A stretch of DNA of 63,069 nt, the filler included, from Globobulimina sp. (lineage: Eukaryota), in NCBI GenBank assembly GCA_003354225.1. It is 41 parts of 41 records of this genome, joined end to end, with 100 filler letters (N's around TTAATTAATTAA, not from the genome) between each part and the next. Parts side by side here need not be neighbours in the genome. Positions count along the whole stretch, not along the records: positions 38,533 to 39,973 come from PIVH01016631.1; positions 40,074 to 41,513 come from PIVH01016632.1; positions 41,614 to 43,053 come from PIVH01016633.1; positions 43,154 to 44,593 come from PIVH01016634.1; positions 44,694 to 46,133 come from PIVH01016635.1; positions 46,234 to 47,673 come from PIVH01016636.1; positions 47,774 to 49,213 come from PIVH01016637.1; 34 more parts are not named here. The stretch is one strand, 5' to 3'. The translations under genes were made by a program, and so were the position numbers. Below the pieces are notes generated by a model, which searched no databases, had not been told where the DNA came from, and was given only the letters and a program-made list of their open reading frames with translations. Shown here one piece after another: positions 38,724 through 49,313 of this stretch (positions within the stretch are counted from its first letter, which is position 1; every line of letters begins with the position of its first letter).

Positions 38724-38899
38724 TACCATAATAAATAGCAGCGGTTCCAATGGCTGCTGGCATACCATAATAAATAAGCAGCGGTGCCAATGGCTGCTGG
38801 CATACCATAATAAATAAGCAGCGGTGCCAATGGCTGCTGTAAGTACCATATAAATAAGCAGCGGTACCAATGGCTGCTCGCATACCATAATAAATAGCA
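38724..38899. repeat. Tandem repeat, about 40-bp unit, 4.4 copies, with internal palindrome
   Basis: Unit TACCATAATAAATAAGCAGCGGTGCCAATGGCTGCTGGCA. Confidence 0.95.
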
Positions 38900-39024
38900 A
38901 AGCTAACAAGACAATACACACAAAAACTGTTTTTTGTACAATAATAAATATAATATTAATAAAATAATAAAATTAAATGAGTATATGAGTATGATAATAT
39001 TTAGTTATGTGATTTAGATTTTAT

Positions 39025-39973
39025 TCAAGGATTCTCCGAATCATCATCATCTAATGAAGCGTCATCCGCAGTACCATCTAAATGCGCTACTTCTAATTCT
39101 ACAGTGGATGGCTGTATATCCTCTGAAGGCTGATGATAAACGACCGACTGCCTTTCCCCCATTCGTTTCTTTGCCACAATCAGCACAATGATAATAACCG
39201 CAATTATTGGCACAATGATAAATAACGTCAAAAAGACGGAAGTTACAAAGCTAAGCGAGCCGACATAGGTAATTGTCATTTGTATTGAAACTACGACGAT
39301 GACGCAAGACAATGCAATGTATTCCGCCACATTCGAGTCATTGTCCCGAAATGGCTGATATTTATGGTGCAAACCTAAAAATATTAGCAATGCTGCGATC
39401 AAACAGGGAGCGAACCAGTTGAATGTGTAAAGAATGGCAAAGGCGGAGATCAAAGTCCTTCTGGTCAACGCAACAAATTCCCAATAATAACATTGCGGTT
39501 TATAATATTTGCAGACACCGTTTAAACAATAATTGGGATTTTCTCTCTCTTCCTCAGTCATCCTACGCATTGCCAGCCACATTGCAGTGAACACCACGAA
39601 GACAAAGATAATGACAAACAGACTCACGTAAACTGTCCATGTGGCTCCGCACTCTTCTTCGCCAAAATAAAAATGCACCCGCTTACTGCCAACGGTTTGG
39701 CAATTTAACAATTTGAATGCGACGGATAATAACTGCCCCACACAAATGATAACAAATTGCAAAAAGGCTTTTGGGAAATTTGTATTTAACACTTTACACC
39801 GATTTGGACAGCAAAAACGTCGATAGCTTTCAAATGTAAATGTTAACAACAACAATGAGACCACGATGGCCCAGGAAAATAAGCCTAGCAATATTTTCTT
39901 TTTTGAATTCAATCCATCGATAAAACATTGCGGCTCTCTGCCAGAATTTGGAGAAATCGTTTCCAGATTAAAC
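39025..39973 (-). CDS. Multi-pass membrane protein C-terminus (YYWE...RR...QPF type)
   Basis: FKLLNC, YKPQCYYWEFVALTRR, YQPFRD..NVAE, as seen in protist TM-anchored surface proteins. Confidence 0.65.
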
Positions 39974-40073
39974 NNNNNNNNNNNNNNNNNNNNNNNNNNN
40001 NNNNNNNNNNNNNNNNNTTAATTAATTAANNNNNNNNNNNNNNNNNNNNNNNNNNNNNNNNNNNNNNNNNNNN

Positions 40074-40398
40074 TTTAAAGAAACATCAATACAATACACC
40101 ATGCGTATTATACTATTTGGAATTCACCAACCCGACTACTAATGAAATTTTTTATAAAATAGGAAATACGGCTAATATAAAAGGTCGTATATCTCAAATG
40201 TCTAAAATTTATAACATTTCTACACTCCATTTATTTCACGGTAAAAGAATTGATATGATTATACTAGAGGAAAAATTACACCTTCAATATCACCGATTCT
40301 CATACAGACCTAAACATAATTTTGGTGGCGGTCACACAGAATGTTACAATTCAGATATTCTTCCACATCTAATGTCGGATATAGAAGGCATTGACTAA
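40074..40398 (+). CDS. GIY-YIG-like (T5orf172-type) endonuclease domain, 5' truncated
   Basis: LYYLEF...FYKIGNT...R...EEKLH...YRP..FGGGHTECY. Confidence 0.65.
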
Positions 40399-40405
40399 TT
40401 CTCAA

Positions 40406-40446
40406 TATAAATATTAACGAGGATAACCTCAATAATAAATTGGAGG
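40406..40446 (+). promoter_or_regulatory. T4-late-like promoter TATAAATA plus Shine-Dalgarno GGAGG
   Basis: TATAAATA at 40406-40413 just after a stop codon; GGAGG at 40442-40446; ATG at 40453. Confidence 0.45.
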
Positions 40447-40452
40447 CATATC

Positions 40453-40851
40453 ATGCCAGTAAATTTCGGTCTTAATGTTCCAACCACGTTCTCTATCAAT
40501 GCTGGGGAATATTCCTCTTGGGCATCAGGTAGTTGTACTGCAATTGCTATAGATGCACCCACATCATACAATATAAGTGCAAGTATTACTGTAGTTCAAG
40601 GCGATTCATTCCTTACTCTTAATGCACCTTTACCCAGTTCAACACCAGGAGTATTCAGTGTTGGATATAAAGTCAATGAAGTTAGCGATGGTAGCGGTGA
40701 AACCGAAACTTGGATTAGTCGAATTGAATGGAAAGTAAATGGTAGTACAGTAAAAGTAGATACATTTACATGGACTGTACTACACCAATCTAGTGGTGGC
40801 GGTAGTGGAGTAGATCCAATTGATCCAGGTGGACCTATCGGACTTCCTTAA
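40453..40851 (+). CDS. Phage-like hypothetical protein (beta-rich, possibly structural)
   Basis: SD-preceded ORF rich in S, T and G. Confidence 0.65.
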   Translation: MPVNFGLNVPTTFSINAGEYSSWASGSCTAIAIDAPTSYNISASITVVQGDSFLTLNAPLPSSTPGVFSVGYKVNEVSDGSGETETWISRIEWKVNGSTVKVDTFTWTVLHQSSGGGSGVDPIDPGGPIGLP

Positions 40852-40866
40852 TTCCCAAACTAACCC

Positions 40867-40895
40867 TTGACATAACAACTCCTCTATGGTAATAT
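40867..40895 (+). promoter_or_regulatory. Sigma70-type promoter
   Basis: TTGACA-N17-TAATAT with extended TGn. Confidence 0.7.
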
Positions 40896-40920
40896 ATAAA
40901 ATCATAGAGGAGTTTTGCTT
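40877..40920 (+). terminator. Intrinsic terminator-like hairpin overlapping the promoter
   Basis: 12-bp stem AACTCCTCTATG/CATAGAGGAGTT followed by a T-rich tail, shortly after the stop at 40851. Confidence 0.6.
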
Positions 40921-40940
40921 TATGGAAAGGGAGTTATAAC

Positions 40941-41207
40941 ATGAATAAAGAACAATTTAATAAAATATCAAGATTAGTTAAATTAAAAAATGATATTGAA
41001 TATCAAATAGATGGATTTGACTATAATGGATATATGCCGTATATGTACAGTGATTCTAGCGAAGAGCCTACAAAAGAACCAGACATATCATTATTTAAAT
41101 GTCATAAAGAAAATGTGGAAGAAATGGCAATGAAGGTCACAAAAATTCTACAAGATCATTTAAACGAAATATTAGAAGAATTGAAAGAACTAGGGTATGA
41201 AGATTGA
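40941..41207 (+). CDS. Phage-like hypothetical protein, 88 aa
   Basis: AAGGGAG SD upstream; acidic helical ORF ending ELKELGYED. Confidence 0.7.
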   Translation: MNKEQFNKISRLVKLKNDIEYQIDGFDYNGYMPYMYSDSSEEPTKEPDISLFKCHKENVEEMAMKVTKILQDHLNEILEELKELGYED

Positions 41208-41210
41208 GAC

Positions 41211-41280
41211 TATAAATATTTTTAAGATAAGACTTGACAAATGATTTTTTATATGTTAGTCTTATTTAACGATAGGAGGT
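41211..41280 (+). promoter_or_regulatory. TATAAATA box, sigma70-type promoter and SD
   Basis: TATAAATA at 41211; TTGACA at 41234, N17, then TAGTCT with TGn; AGGAGGT at 41274-41280. Confidence 0.6.
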
Positions 41281-41283
41281 CGT

Positions 41284-41513
41284 ATGAAATTTTTAGTATG
41301 TTTTGCTTTTTTTAGTATTTTTAGTTATGGTCTTGATTTTCCTGATGAGAATTTTGAGAATTTCTTACTTACGAGTCAATGGAGAGAATCTGGTGCATAT
41401 GTTTGGCATTATTACGATGCTAATCATGACGGTATTATTGACAAATATGAAGCTTCTCTACCGGAAATTATGGATTGTAGTAATAGGGGTATTTCTAGTT
41501 TAAAGGGTATTGA
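41284..41513 (+). CDS. Secreted bacterial-type leucine-rich-repeat protein, N-terminus
   Basis: Signal peptide, then FPDENFENFLL...DANHDGIIDKYEA...MDCSNRGISSLKGI (LRR cap and first repeat). Confidence 0.7.
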
Positions 41514-41834
41514 NNNNNNNNNNNNNNNNNNNNNNNNNNNNNNNNNNNNNNNNNNNNTTAATTAATTAANNNNNNNNNNNNNNNNNNNNNNNNNNNNNNN
41601 NNNNNNNNNNNNNCAACTCCTTTACAATCCTTTAAGAAAAAAAGTTTGAAGTTGTTACAATTTGTTGCAATTGCGATGGGACCTAGGACCTAGGGTCAAA
41701 TTTTAATTACGTAATTTAACAACATTCCCTAATTGATATAAGAATCCAAATTTAGGCTAAATTATGAACGTCGAGCACTAGAATTAGGACAACAAAAAAA
41801 AATTTACAATCAAAATACATGAGAAATAATATTA

Positions 41835-43053
41835 TTATCTTCTTTTAATTCTTCCAATCCTTTCTCGGACTTTAATTAAAGTCTCATAGTTATTATCAAC
41901 ATGTCTTAAAATATCAGCATCCCATTTAACGTTCCCTGGCTCAAATAATAACAAAATTGTGGATCCGCCATATCTGAATTCCCCCGCAAGATGGCCCTTT
42001 TTTACTTGATCTCCAATTTGCAATGGAATGGGCTCATCATGGACCGGATCGGCACCATCACATTTATAAAAACGAAATGATCCAACATTATTCGCTCCAA
42101 TTACAAACATCAACATTGACGAAGCAATAATGTTTTGAGCCGAAATGGCTATCTCTATAATAACCCGTTTATTTGCAGTATATACATCAATGTCTTTGCC
42201 AACAACAATAGGACTGTCTGCATGTGAAGTCCCTCCAATTTTTTCTATTTTTTGCACTTGACCAGAGATGGGATAATGCCATCGATGGTAATCTTGCGGC
42301 GCCAATCTAGAGATCAGAAACGAACCGCCATTATATTTATCCACATCAATATTATTCGAAGCAGCACCAATCAAATTCTCCAATGTGAAATTTTTACCTT
42401 TAATCCATATCTTAGTCGCGTCATTAATGGAGTGCCATGCCATTAATCTGCAATCCGCAGGACTGACTATCACTGTTTCGTCGTTGGCATAGGCCACAGC
42501 TCGAAACTCATCGACGCGGATGCCACGAGCAAAGAAGTCATTAAAAGTTTTGAAGTCTGAAACCTCTCTGTACAACATTTTCGTATCTAAGTTATGCTGC
42601 TTTATGAAAGCTGCAATTTCCTGCTTCGATTTGGCTGAATCCATGCTGGACCCACGGTTTCTACCCATGGCAGAAACCAGAGTGGAGCCTATCTTACTTT
42701 GCACCACAGCCCTACTTAGTTTTGTAGTGTACATTAACTTTAAACTATTGAGCACATATTGAGGAATAAATTCCCGTACAAGCAAGCCGGTCTCCCTATC
42801 TTTGAGATATATGACATCTGAGGTTGCCACATTTTTGCGTCGACGCAATGACTCCAATAAACGTACATCGTCCCCTACATACAACGAGATTAACCTTGCT
42901 GACAATGTACTGGCTTGGAAATCCCTATCTGACATCATATTTATTACATCGTTCTCATCAATGGTTTTGTCTTTGTTTTGGTCGAATTTATCAAACCACC
43001 AACCAACGGCATCGCTGTCGTCTTCGGCAAGTTTTAAATCTGAAAATATCGAC
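41835..43053 (-). CDS. Phosphatidylserine decarboxylase (type II/PSD2-like), partial
   Basis: FKTFNDFFAR, SPADCRL, RLAPQDYHRWHYP, FRYGGST self-cleavage motif. Confidence 0.93.
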
Positions 43054-43495
43054 NNNNNNNNNNNNNNNNNNNNNNNNNNNNNNNNNNNNNNNNNNNNTTA
43101 ATTAATTAANNNNNNNNNNNNNNNNNNNNNNNNNNNNNNNNNNNNNNNNNNNNAAACTGCCAATCAATAATGATGAACAGGATAAAAGAGTTAATTTTGA
43201 GGAGTGGTTACACGAAAGAGCGGCGGTTAAGAATTGTATTTATAGTGCATCTCTGGAAAAAGACTGATATTGTCTGCTTGTTACGTTTTTTACGTAAAAA
43301 TAATTAACCGTAAGTCCGCTGAAAGGTTTTGTCACAAACAGCCAGATTTTTTTATAACCAACGCATTGTTTTGATAAGTAATCAAAACATTTATTTACTG
43401 TTTTCCTGAATAATCAAATTGTGGTTATATATAATTAAATTTTAATAATATTATAATGCAAAAAATGTCAAATTATATTATAATTACAACACGAA

Positions 43496-44572
43496 TCACA
43501 ATTTTGATCTAAAATTTCTTTTACTTCGTCCATATTCCCCATAAATGTCCATATTAATTTTTGGTTTATTTTGCAAAATACCTTCAATTTGTTTCATGAT
43601 TTTATCATCCAATTTTTTAACTAATCGCACTGCTTTAAATGTATCTAACTGTGCCGCTCGACTTGCACCCAAAATAACAACTGTTACATTATCATTCTTC
43701 AATGACCACGCAACTGCTAATTCTGCCAATGTTGTATTCAATTTATTCTCTGCAAAATCTTTTAATCTTCGAACTTTATCATGCTTTTCCTGAGGAATCT
43801 CACCTAACAACGCTTTGTATTTTTCCATTCTTGAACCCTTAACAACGCCATCTAAATGTTTCCCAGTCAATACACCCGAATCTAAAACACCCCAAATTGT
43901 GGTCGCAATCTCATATCGATTATCAAAAACAGGTAAATATAAGTCTTCTAAATATCTTCTTTCCAACATGGAATATTTATTTTGCTCCACAATGGGTGCA
44001 ATCAAATTATATTTCTGCGCAATCCAATACGCCTCAATTATTCTATGGGGCGGCCACATACTGGTTCCCCAATAAAATGCCTTTTTCTCTTTGATTAACT
44101 CTGTAAATGAACTCACAATTTCCAACATTGGAGTGATGGGATCATACCGATGAGCATAGACTACGTCGAAATAATCCAAACCGGTTCGTTTCAATGCACC
44201 ATTCATTCCTTCGGATATATGTTTTCGTGACAAACCTAACTCGTTTTCACCATGAGGACTTCCATATGTTTGTGTAGGTTCACCGGATGGCCCAAACATT
44301 AATTTTGTGGTAATAACCAAATCAGATCTTCTCCATTTTAGAGGATCCTGTTTGAGTAATATTGGATATGCCTCACCAAATAATTCCTCACAGCTACCTC
44401 TTGGTAAACCATACGCTTCGGCTCCATCGAAAAAATTACAACCATAATTACGAGCAGTTTCTAGCAAATCTAATGTTTGTTCTAATGTTCGAAACACCAT
44501 CATACCAAAACCAAGACGTGATACTTTTAGACCGGTTTTGCCCAATGTTCGATACTCCATTGAAAACGACAT
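43496..44572 (-). CDS. Aldo-keto reductase, Kv-beta (AKR6)-like
   Basis: MEYRTLGKTGLKVSRLG, NFFDGAEAYG, RSDLVITTK, GLSRKHI, AFYWGTS. Confidence 0.92.
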   Translation of the reverse strand: MSFSMEYRTLGKTGLKVSRLGFGMMVFRTLEQTLDLLETARNYGCNFFDGAEAYGLPRGSCEELFGEAYPILLKQDPLKWRRSDLVITTKLMFGPSGEPTQTYGSPHGENELGLSRKHISEGMNGALKRTGLDYFDVVYAHRYDPITPMLEIVSSFTELIKEKKAFYWGTSMWPPHRIIEAYWIAQKYNLIAPIVEQNKYSMLERRYLEDLYLPVFDNRYEIATTIWGVLDSGVLTGKHLDGVVKGSRMEKYKALLGEIPQEKHDKVRRLKDFAENKLNTTLAELAVAWSLKNDNVTVVILGASRAAQLDTFKAVRLVKKLDDKIMKQIEGILQNKPKINMDIYGEYGRSKRNFRSKL

Positions 44573-44693
44573 GTTTGCGAGAGAAATAGACTANNNNNNN
44601 NNNNNNNNNNNNNNNNNNNNNNNNNNNNNNNNNNNNNTTAATTAATTAANNNNNNNNNNNNNNNNNNNNNNNNNNNNNNNNNNNNNNNNNNNN

Positions 44694-45704
44694 TCACAAA
44701 AAAGAAAAGCTAAAAGACACCAATCAAATGATGGTAATAATGTAAATTTGCAATATGATTATTTTTGTGCATATTTAAGTTTTTATAAAGAAAATGACGA
44801 AAATTGGGCAAAACTCCCAATAAATGTTGTAAATAAATATAAAAATGTCCCATTAAATGATATTTGGAGAAATAAATTTTTTAATGAATTGGAATCAGAG
44901 TTGGATGAAATGAAACAATTAGAAGGTTATGGCGAAAATAGAAATAAGAATAATGTTCAAATGAAAGAAAATAAAGCAATGAGAATTGAATCAGTGTTGG
45001 AATTTGAAATCATTGGAGAAAAACATAAAATTAAATTTATTTATAAAAATATTAATGTTATAAAAGTAAATTTTTATAAAATTGATATTGAATTATTATT
45101 TTCAATGTCACCATTTTTATTAGAAAATCAAGGAAATGAAAGCAATAAAAATAAAATTGATAAAAGAAAATCTGTATTTTCGTATATTGAACCAACAGAA
45201 ACAATGATTATTGATTTGGATGAAAATGAAAACGAAAGTAAATTATTTGAACCAGATGATGTAATAATATATGAATGTAGTATTCCACGTTTACTCCAAG
45301 AAACAAATTTATATTTACAAATAATTCCGATGAAGCCATCGAATTCAGATTCAATAAATTTAAAATCAAAAACGTTTTATGACAATCAATTACTTATTGA
45401 AATTAATCAAAAATATGGAAGTTTAAGAGTTTTAGATAAGAAATCAATGAAAGCAATACACAGCGCATATATTAAAGTTTATGTTGAATTAAATCCAAAT
45501 AAAAAAGTAAAATTTCATAAAGATTGTTATTCAGATAAACGTGGACAATGTGATTATGTATCATTAAGTTGTAATCATTTATCATTAATTAAAAGATTTG
45601 CCATATTGATTGTAACTCAAAATCATGGATCAGTTGTTAAAATTGTTGATTCTCCAAATGAAATAATAAATTCTCAATCAAACATTACAAATAACATTTT
45701 TTAA
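44694..45704 (+). CDS. C-terminus of a large AbpF/planctomycete-type protein
   Basis: DIELLFS.SPF and YIKVY...FHKDCYSDKRG..DYVSLS...KRFAILI. Family recalled, not searched. Confidence 0.55.
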   Translation, partial: SQKRKAKRHQSNDGNNVNLQYDYFCAYLSFYKENDENWAKLPINVVNKYKNVPLNDIWRNKFFNELESELDEMKQLEGYGENRNKNNVQMKENKAMRIESVLEFEIIGEKHKIKFIYKNINVIKVNFYKIDIELLFSMSPFLLENQGNESNKNKIDKRKSVFSYIEPTETMIIDLDENENESKLFEPDDVIIYECSIPRLLQETNLYLQIIPMKPSNSDSINLKSKTFYDNQLLIEINQKYGSLRVLDKKSMKAIHSAYIKVYVELNPNKKVKFHKDCYSDKRGQCDYVSLSCNHLSLIKRFAILIVTQNHGSVVKIVDSPNEIINSQSNITNNIF

Positions 45705-46292
45705 CAACTTAAAAGTTTTTGTACTATATATCTACTTTAATATTTGTCATAACTTTGTGTTGGGTTTGCATAACAATTGGTTGAGGAAAACCGTTTCTGT
45801 GTAAAAAGTAATTGAACGAAATGGTCAGATTATACTTGCTGTTTATATTGGATGTCTCGTCTGGTGTTGCTAGTACGTCTGTCATTTTTTTATTTTGTGT
45901 TTTATGTTACTTGTTTTTAGATTTTGTTTGGATTTGTTTGTTGTTTTTTAGGTATTGTACTTCTACTCTTTTTAGTCGTTGTTCAATACGTTGTTCTTGC
46001 GTTAGTTTTGGTTTTTCTCCCAATCCATCGTAGAGAAATGTAGTATGGAATAACTCATTATAAAAGATTCAATAAGAACCCACAAAAAAAAAATTTAATC
46101 TCCAGAATGACTGAATAAGACTATATTTAAATTNNNNNNNNNNNNNNNNNNNNNNNNNNNNNNNNNNNNNNNNNNNNTTAATTAATTAANNNNNNNNNNN
46201 NNNNNNNNNNNNNNNNNNNNNNNNNNNNNNNNNAATCATCTGAGAAACAGAAATATAATAAAACAGAAACAGAAACAGAAACATTTATTGTT

Positions 46293-47111
46293 ATGTTTTC
46301 ATCGCAATGGCTCATATATTTATTATTAGCTGTAATTATATTGTGTAATGTAAGCTATTTTGCATTAATTTGGTGTTACAATCAACAAAAGTTGCAGTCC
46401 AAAGTAAAAGAAATAAAAGAAATAAAAGAAATACATGCTAAATATCCAGCAGTTACAGGTGTTACAGCCACACCTTATCCAACACCAATTTGTTTATCAC
46501 CAAATAGTGCATTGTCATCATATGCATTCCCAATTGCCATTGCAATGGCAAATAATGATTCAGGTTCAGATGCGGAGCCAGCGGAGCCAGATACAGAGCA
46601 AACAGAGGTAGATGATAATAATAATAATAATAATGTATATAATCTAAGTCTTTCCGGTGTTGATGAGATTATAAATAATGATAAAAATATTTTAAAAGAA
46701 TTAAATTTAATAAATACCATAAGAACATCAAATCATATGCATTATAATTACAGTTTGAGCAAAGATGATGAAATTTGTGATAAATTACAGATATTAATGA
46801 GTACATTGGGAAATATTGAAATTGGAAGTTCTGAGCTCGAGTGTGGTAAAATACAATTACATAATTTGCATGTGTCAAAATTAAGCCATTTAAGCACAAT
46901 CACCGATAAAATGTGTATAATTTTGAATGAATCCGGATATGATTATAATATTAATAATAATTCAAATACATCAAATGCATCAACTCGATTACCTGCTTAT
47001 CATCCAAATACAATACAAGTTATGAATGATAATCAACATATACCATATTGTAATAATTTTGTGACTGCTGGGGATGGTCCAAATAATATTTCTAACGAAA
47101 TTCATAAATAA
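46293..47111 (+). CDS. Hypothetical single-TM protein
   Basis: N-terminal TM helix and Asn-rich tail. Confidence 0.5.
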   Translation: MFSSQWLIYLLLAVIILCNVSYFALIWCYNQQKLQSKVKEIKEIKEIHAKYPAVTGVTATPYPTPICLSPNSALSSYAFPIAIAMANNDSGSDAEPAEPDTEQTEVDDNNNNNNVYNLSLSGVDEIINNDKNILKELNLINTIRTSNHMHYNYSLSKDDEICDKLQILMSTLGNIEIGSSELECGKIQLHNLHVSKLSHLSTITDKMCIILNESGYDYNINNNSNTSNASTRLPAYHPNTIQVMNDNQHIPYCNNFVTAGDGPNNISNEIHK

Positions 47112-47773
47112 TAATTATATCTTAGTTAATTATATAAGATTTATTTTTATTTCTTTCCACATCATTTTATTTTTTTACAGTATTTTCTGTTATGCCTTTG
47201 TGTTATATATTTAATTAGCTCGAATTCTTTTATTTTGATGGCTACTTAAGTTAAATTGCATGCTATGGTCAGATATTGTTTCTATGCAACTCTGCATCAA
47301 CATTAGTAACACGTTTACACTTTACATGCGATCTTATTTCTGAAAAATACTAAGAAAATACTGTAAATTAAATTATTGCAATTAGAAAAATCCAAACTCG
47401 AACAACAAATTGCAAATTCAAACAAAAAACATATAAAATTACAAGTCAAACAAAAACGTGAATAATCACAACAAAAACAAACAAAAATACAAAAGAAAAA
47501 CAAACTGTTTCTCATATTAATCGGCCATATTATACATACTATTTTTATTTATTTATTTAGTTTCATTTTTTTGAATTTGTGTCCATGTATTCATTGTTTC
47601 ATCAGCGGCTTTAATTTCCTCATCGGAGAATTTAATCGTTAACGTCAAAAACGATACGATAAATACAAATATCNNNNNNNNNNNNNNNNNNNNNNNNNNN
47701 NNNNNNNNNNNNNNNNNTTAATTAATTAANNNNNNNNNNNNNNNNNNNNNNNNNNNNNNNNNNNNNNNNNNNN

Positions 47774-49167
47774 GATTTGGAAATATTAATTGATGAAATG
47801 GAATTAATGGATAATGATTTGGATGAGAATGAAACGGATGAATTGAATGAGATTGTTGATAACAATGATGATGATTTGGGTGAACTTGAAGATGATGAAA
47901 CTGATGTCATTGATGATGATGATGAATATGTAGATGATGAAGATTTGTTTGATGATCCCGATAACTTCGCAGATGATGCTGATGATGATATGGATGAAGA
48001 ATTAATTGAAAATATAACCACCACTGCAAAACCATTCAAATTCATCACATTTTGGAAGGAAATAAAACTGCGATTGGTATCCGATTATGATGAATCTAAT
48101 GCATTTTGTTACAATACAGACGAATTACGACAGATATTATGGGATAAAAACCATCCACAAAAAGTAAATATAACCAACACCACACTCCATACCAATAAAA
48201 CTGTCGACATAAATAACAATTCATCGCTCAATACCTCCAGTACATTACCTCCAGAATCAAAAAAATCTAAATTGCTCGATATCGAACATGACAAAACAGA
48301 TGAAAATGAAAACGAAGAAACCCAACTTGACACTGTACCAAATGACCCAACATTAAATACAACAAAAACAACGAATATCAGCAATATAACCACTGAAACG
48401 CCAATAGAAATCATTAACAAATCCTATTGTATTGAATTAGAAATAGAGCTCATACACACCGATGGATTTGCGGCCAATCAGACCTGGCCATTCATGCAAA
48501 TCCTAGCTAAAAACGAGACATTTTGGAACAATTTAACGCAAAATATCAACGAGAGATTGACCCACGTAAATTATATGAATGATAATTATAATTACAATGA
48601 CGACACACCAAAACCTAAAAAAATCCACACACTCTTTGACTTCAATAAATACGCAATATATACCAATCAATCTGCAAATATCCACCTGACGAATGTGTCT
48701 GAAGTATCAACGGGTGGCAGAGGGCGATATCGCGACAACGAAGAGCTACGATACTCATTACGCAGTGTATGGCAGTTTGCGCCATGGATTAGGAACATTT
48801 ATATCGTCACTAATGGGCAAGTGCCGAGATGGCTGAATTTAGACAGTCCGAAAATATGGATTGTGACTCACGACGATATTTATAAAAACAAATCACATCT
48901 ACCCACCTTTGCCAGTCCTTCGATTGAAGCCAATATCCATCGCATCCCGGGGCTGTCGAAGAAATTTTTGTATCTGAACGACGACGTTATGTTTGGTAAC
49001 GATATCTATCCCGACGATTTTTGGAAATTGGATGGCACGCAGTACTTTTTCCCCTCATGGGAACCTCCCAAATGTTCCGACGGTTAAGTGTTTCTGGGCT
49101 TTTTTGAGTGTTATATGCGTGTTTTTTGTGTACAGGATGCAAGAATGATACCTGCAATAAATCCTAA
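47774..49167 (+). CDS. Stealth-family hexose-1-phosphate transferase (GNPTAB-like), partial
   Basis: CR2 motif [14 protein letters not shown]...[10 protein letters not shown]...[24 protein letters not shown]; intron 49083-49135. Confidence 0.9.
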
Positions 49168-49313
49168 AAATATGATCTTTTTCACAACTTAGTTTTTTGT
49201 AATTAATAAAAACNNNNNNNNNNNNNNNNNNNNNNNNNNNNNNNNNNNNNNNNNNNNTTAATTAATTAANNNNNNNNNNNNNNNNNNNNNNNNNNNNNNN
49301 NNNNNNNNNNNNN

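Noticed and set aside
38724-38899. CRISPR array
   Set aside because: The palindromic units are directly tandem with no unique spacers, and there are no cas genes.
38645-38921. Three overlapping repetitive ORFs
   Set aside because: By-products of the 40-bp tandem repeat.
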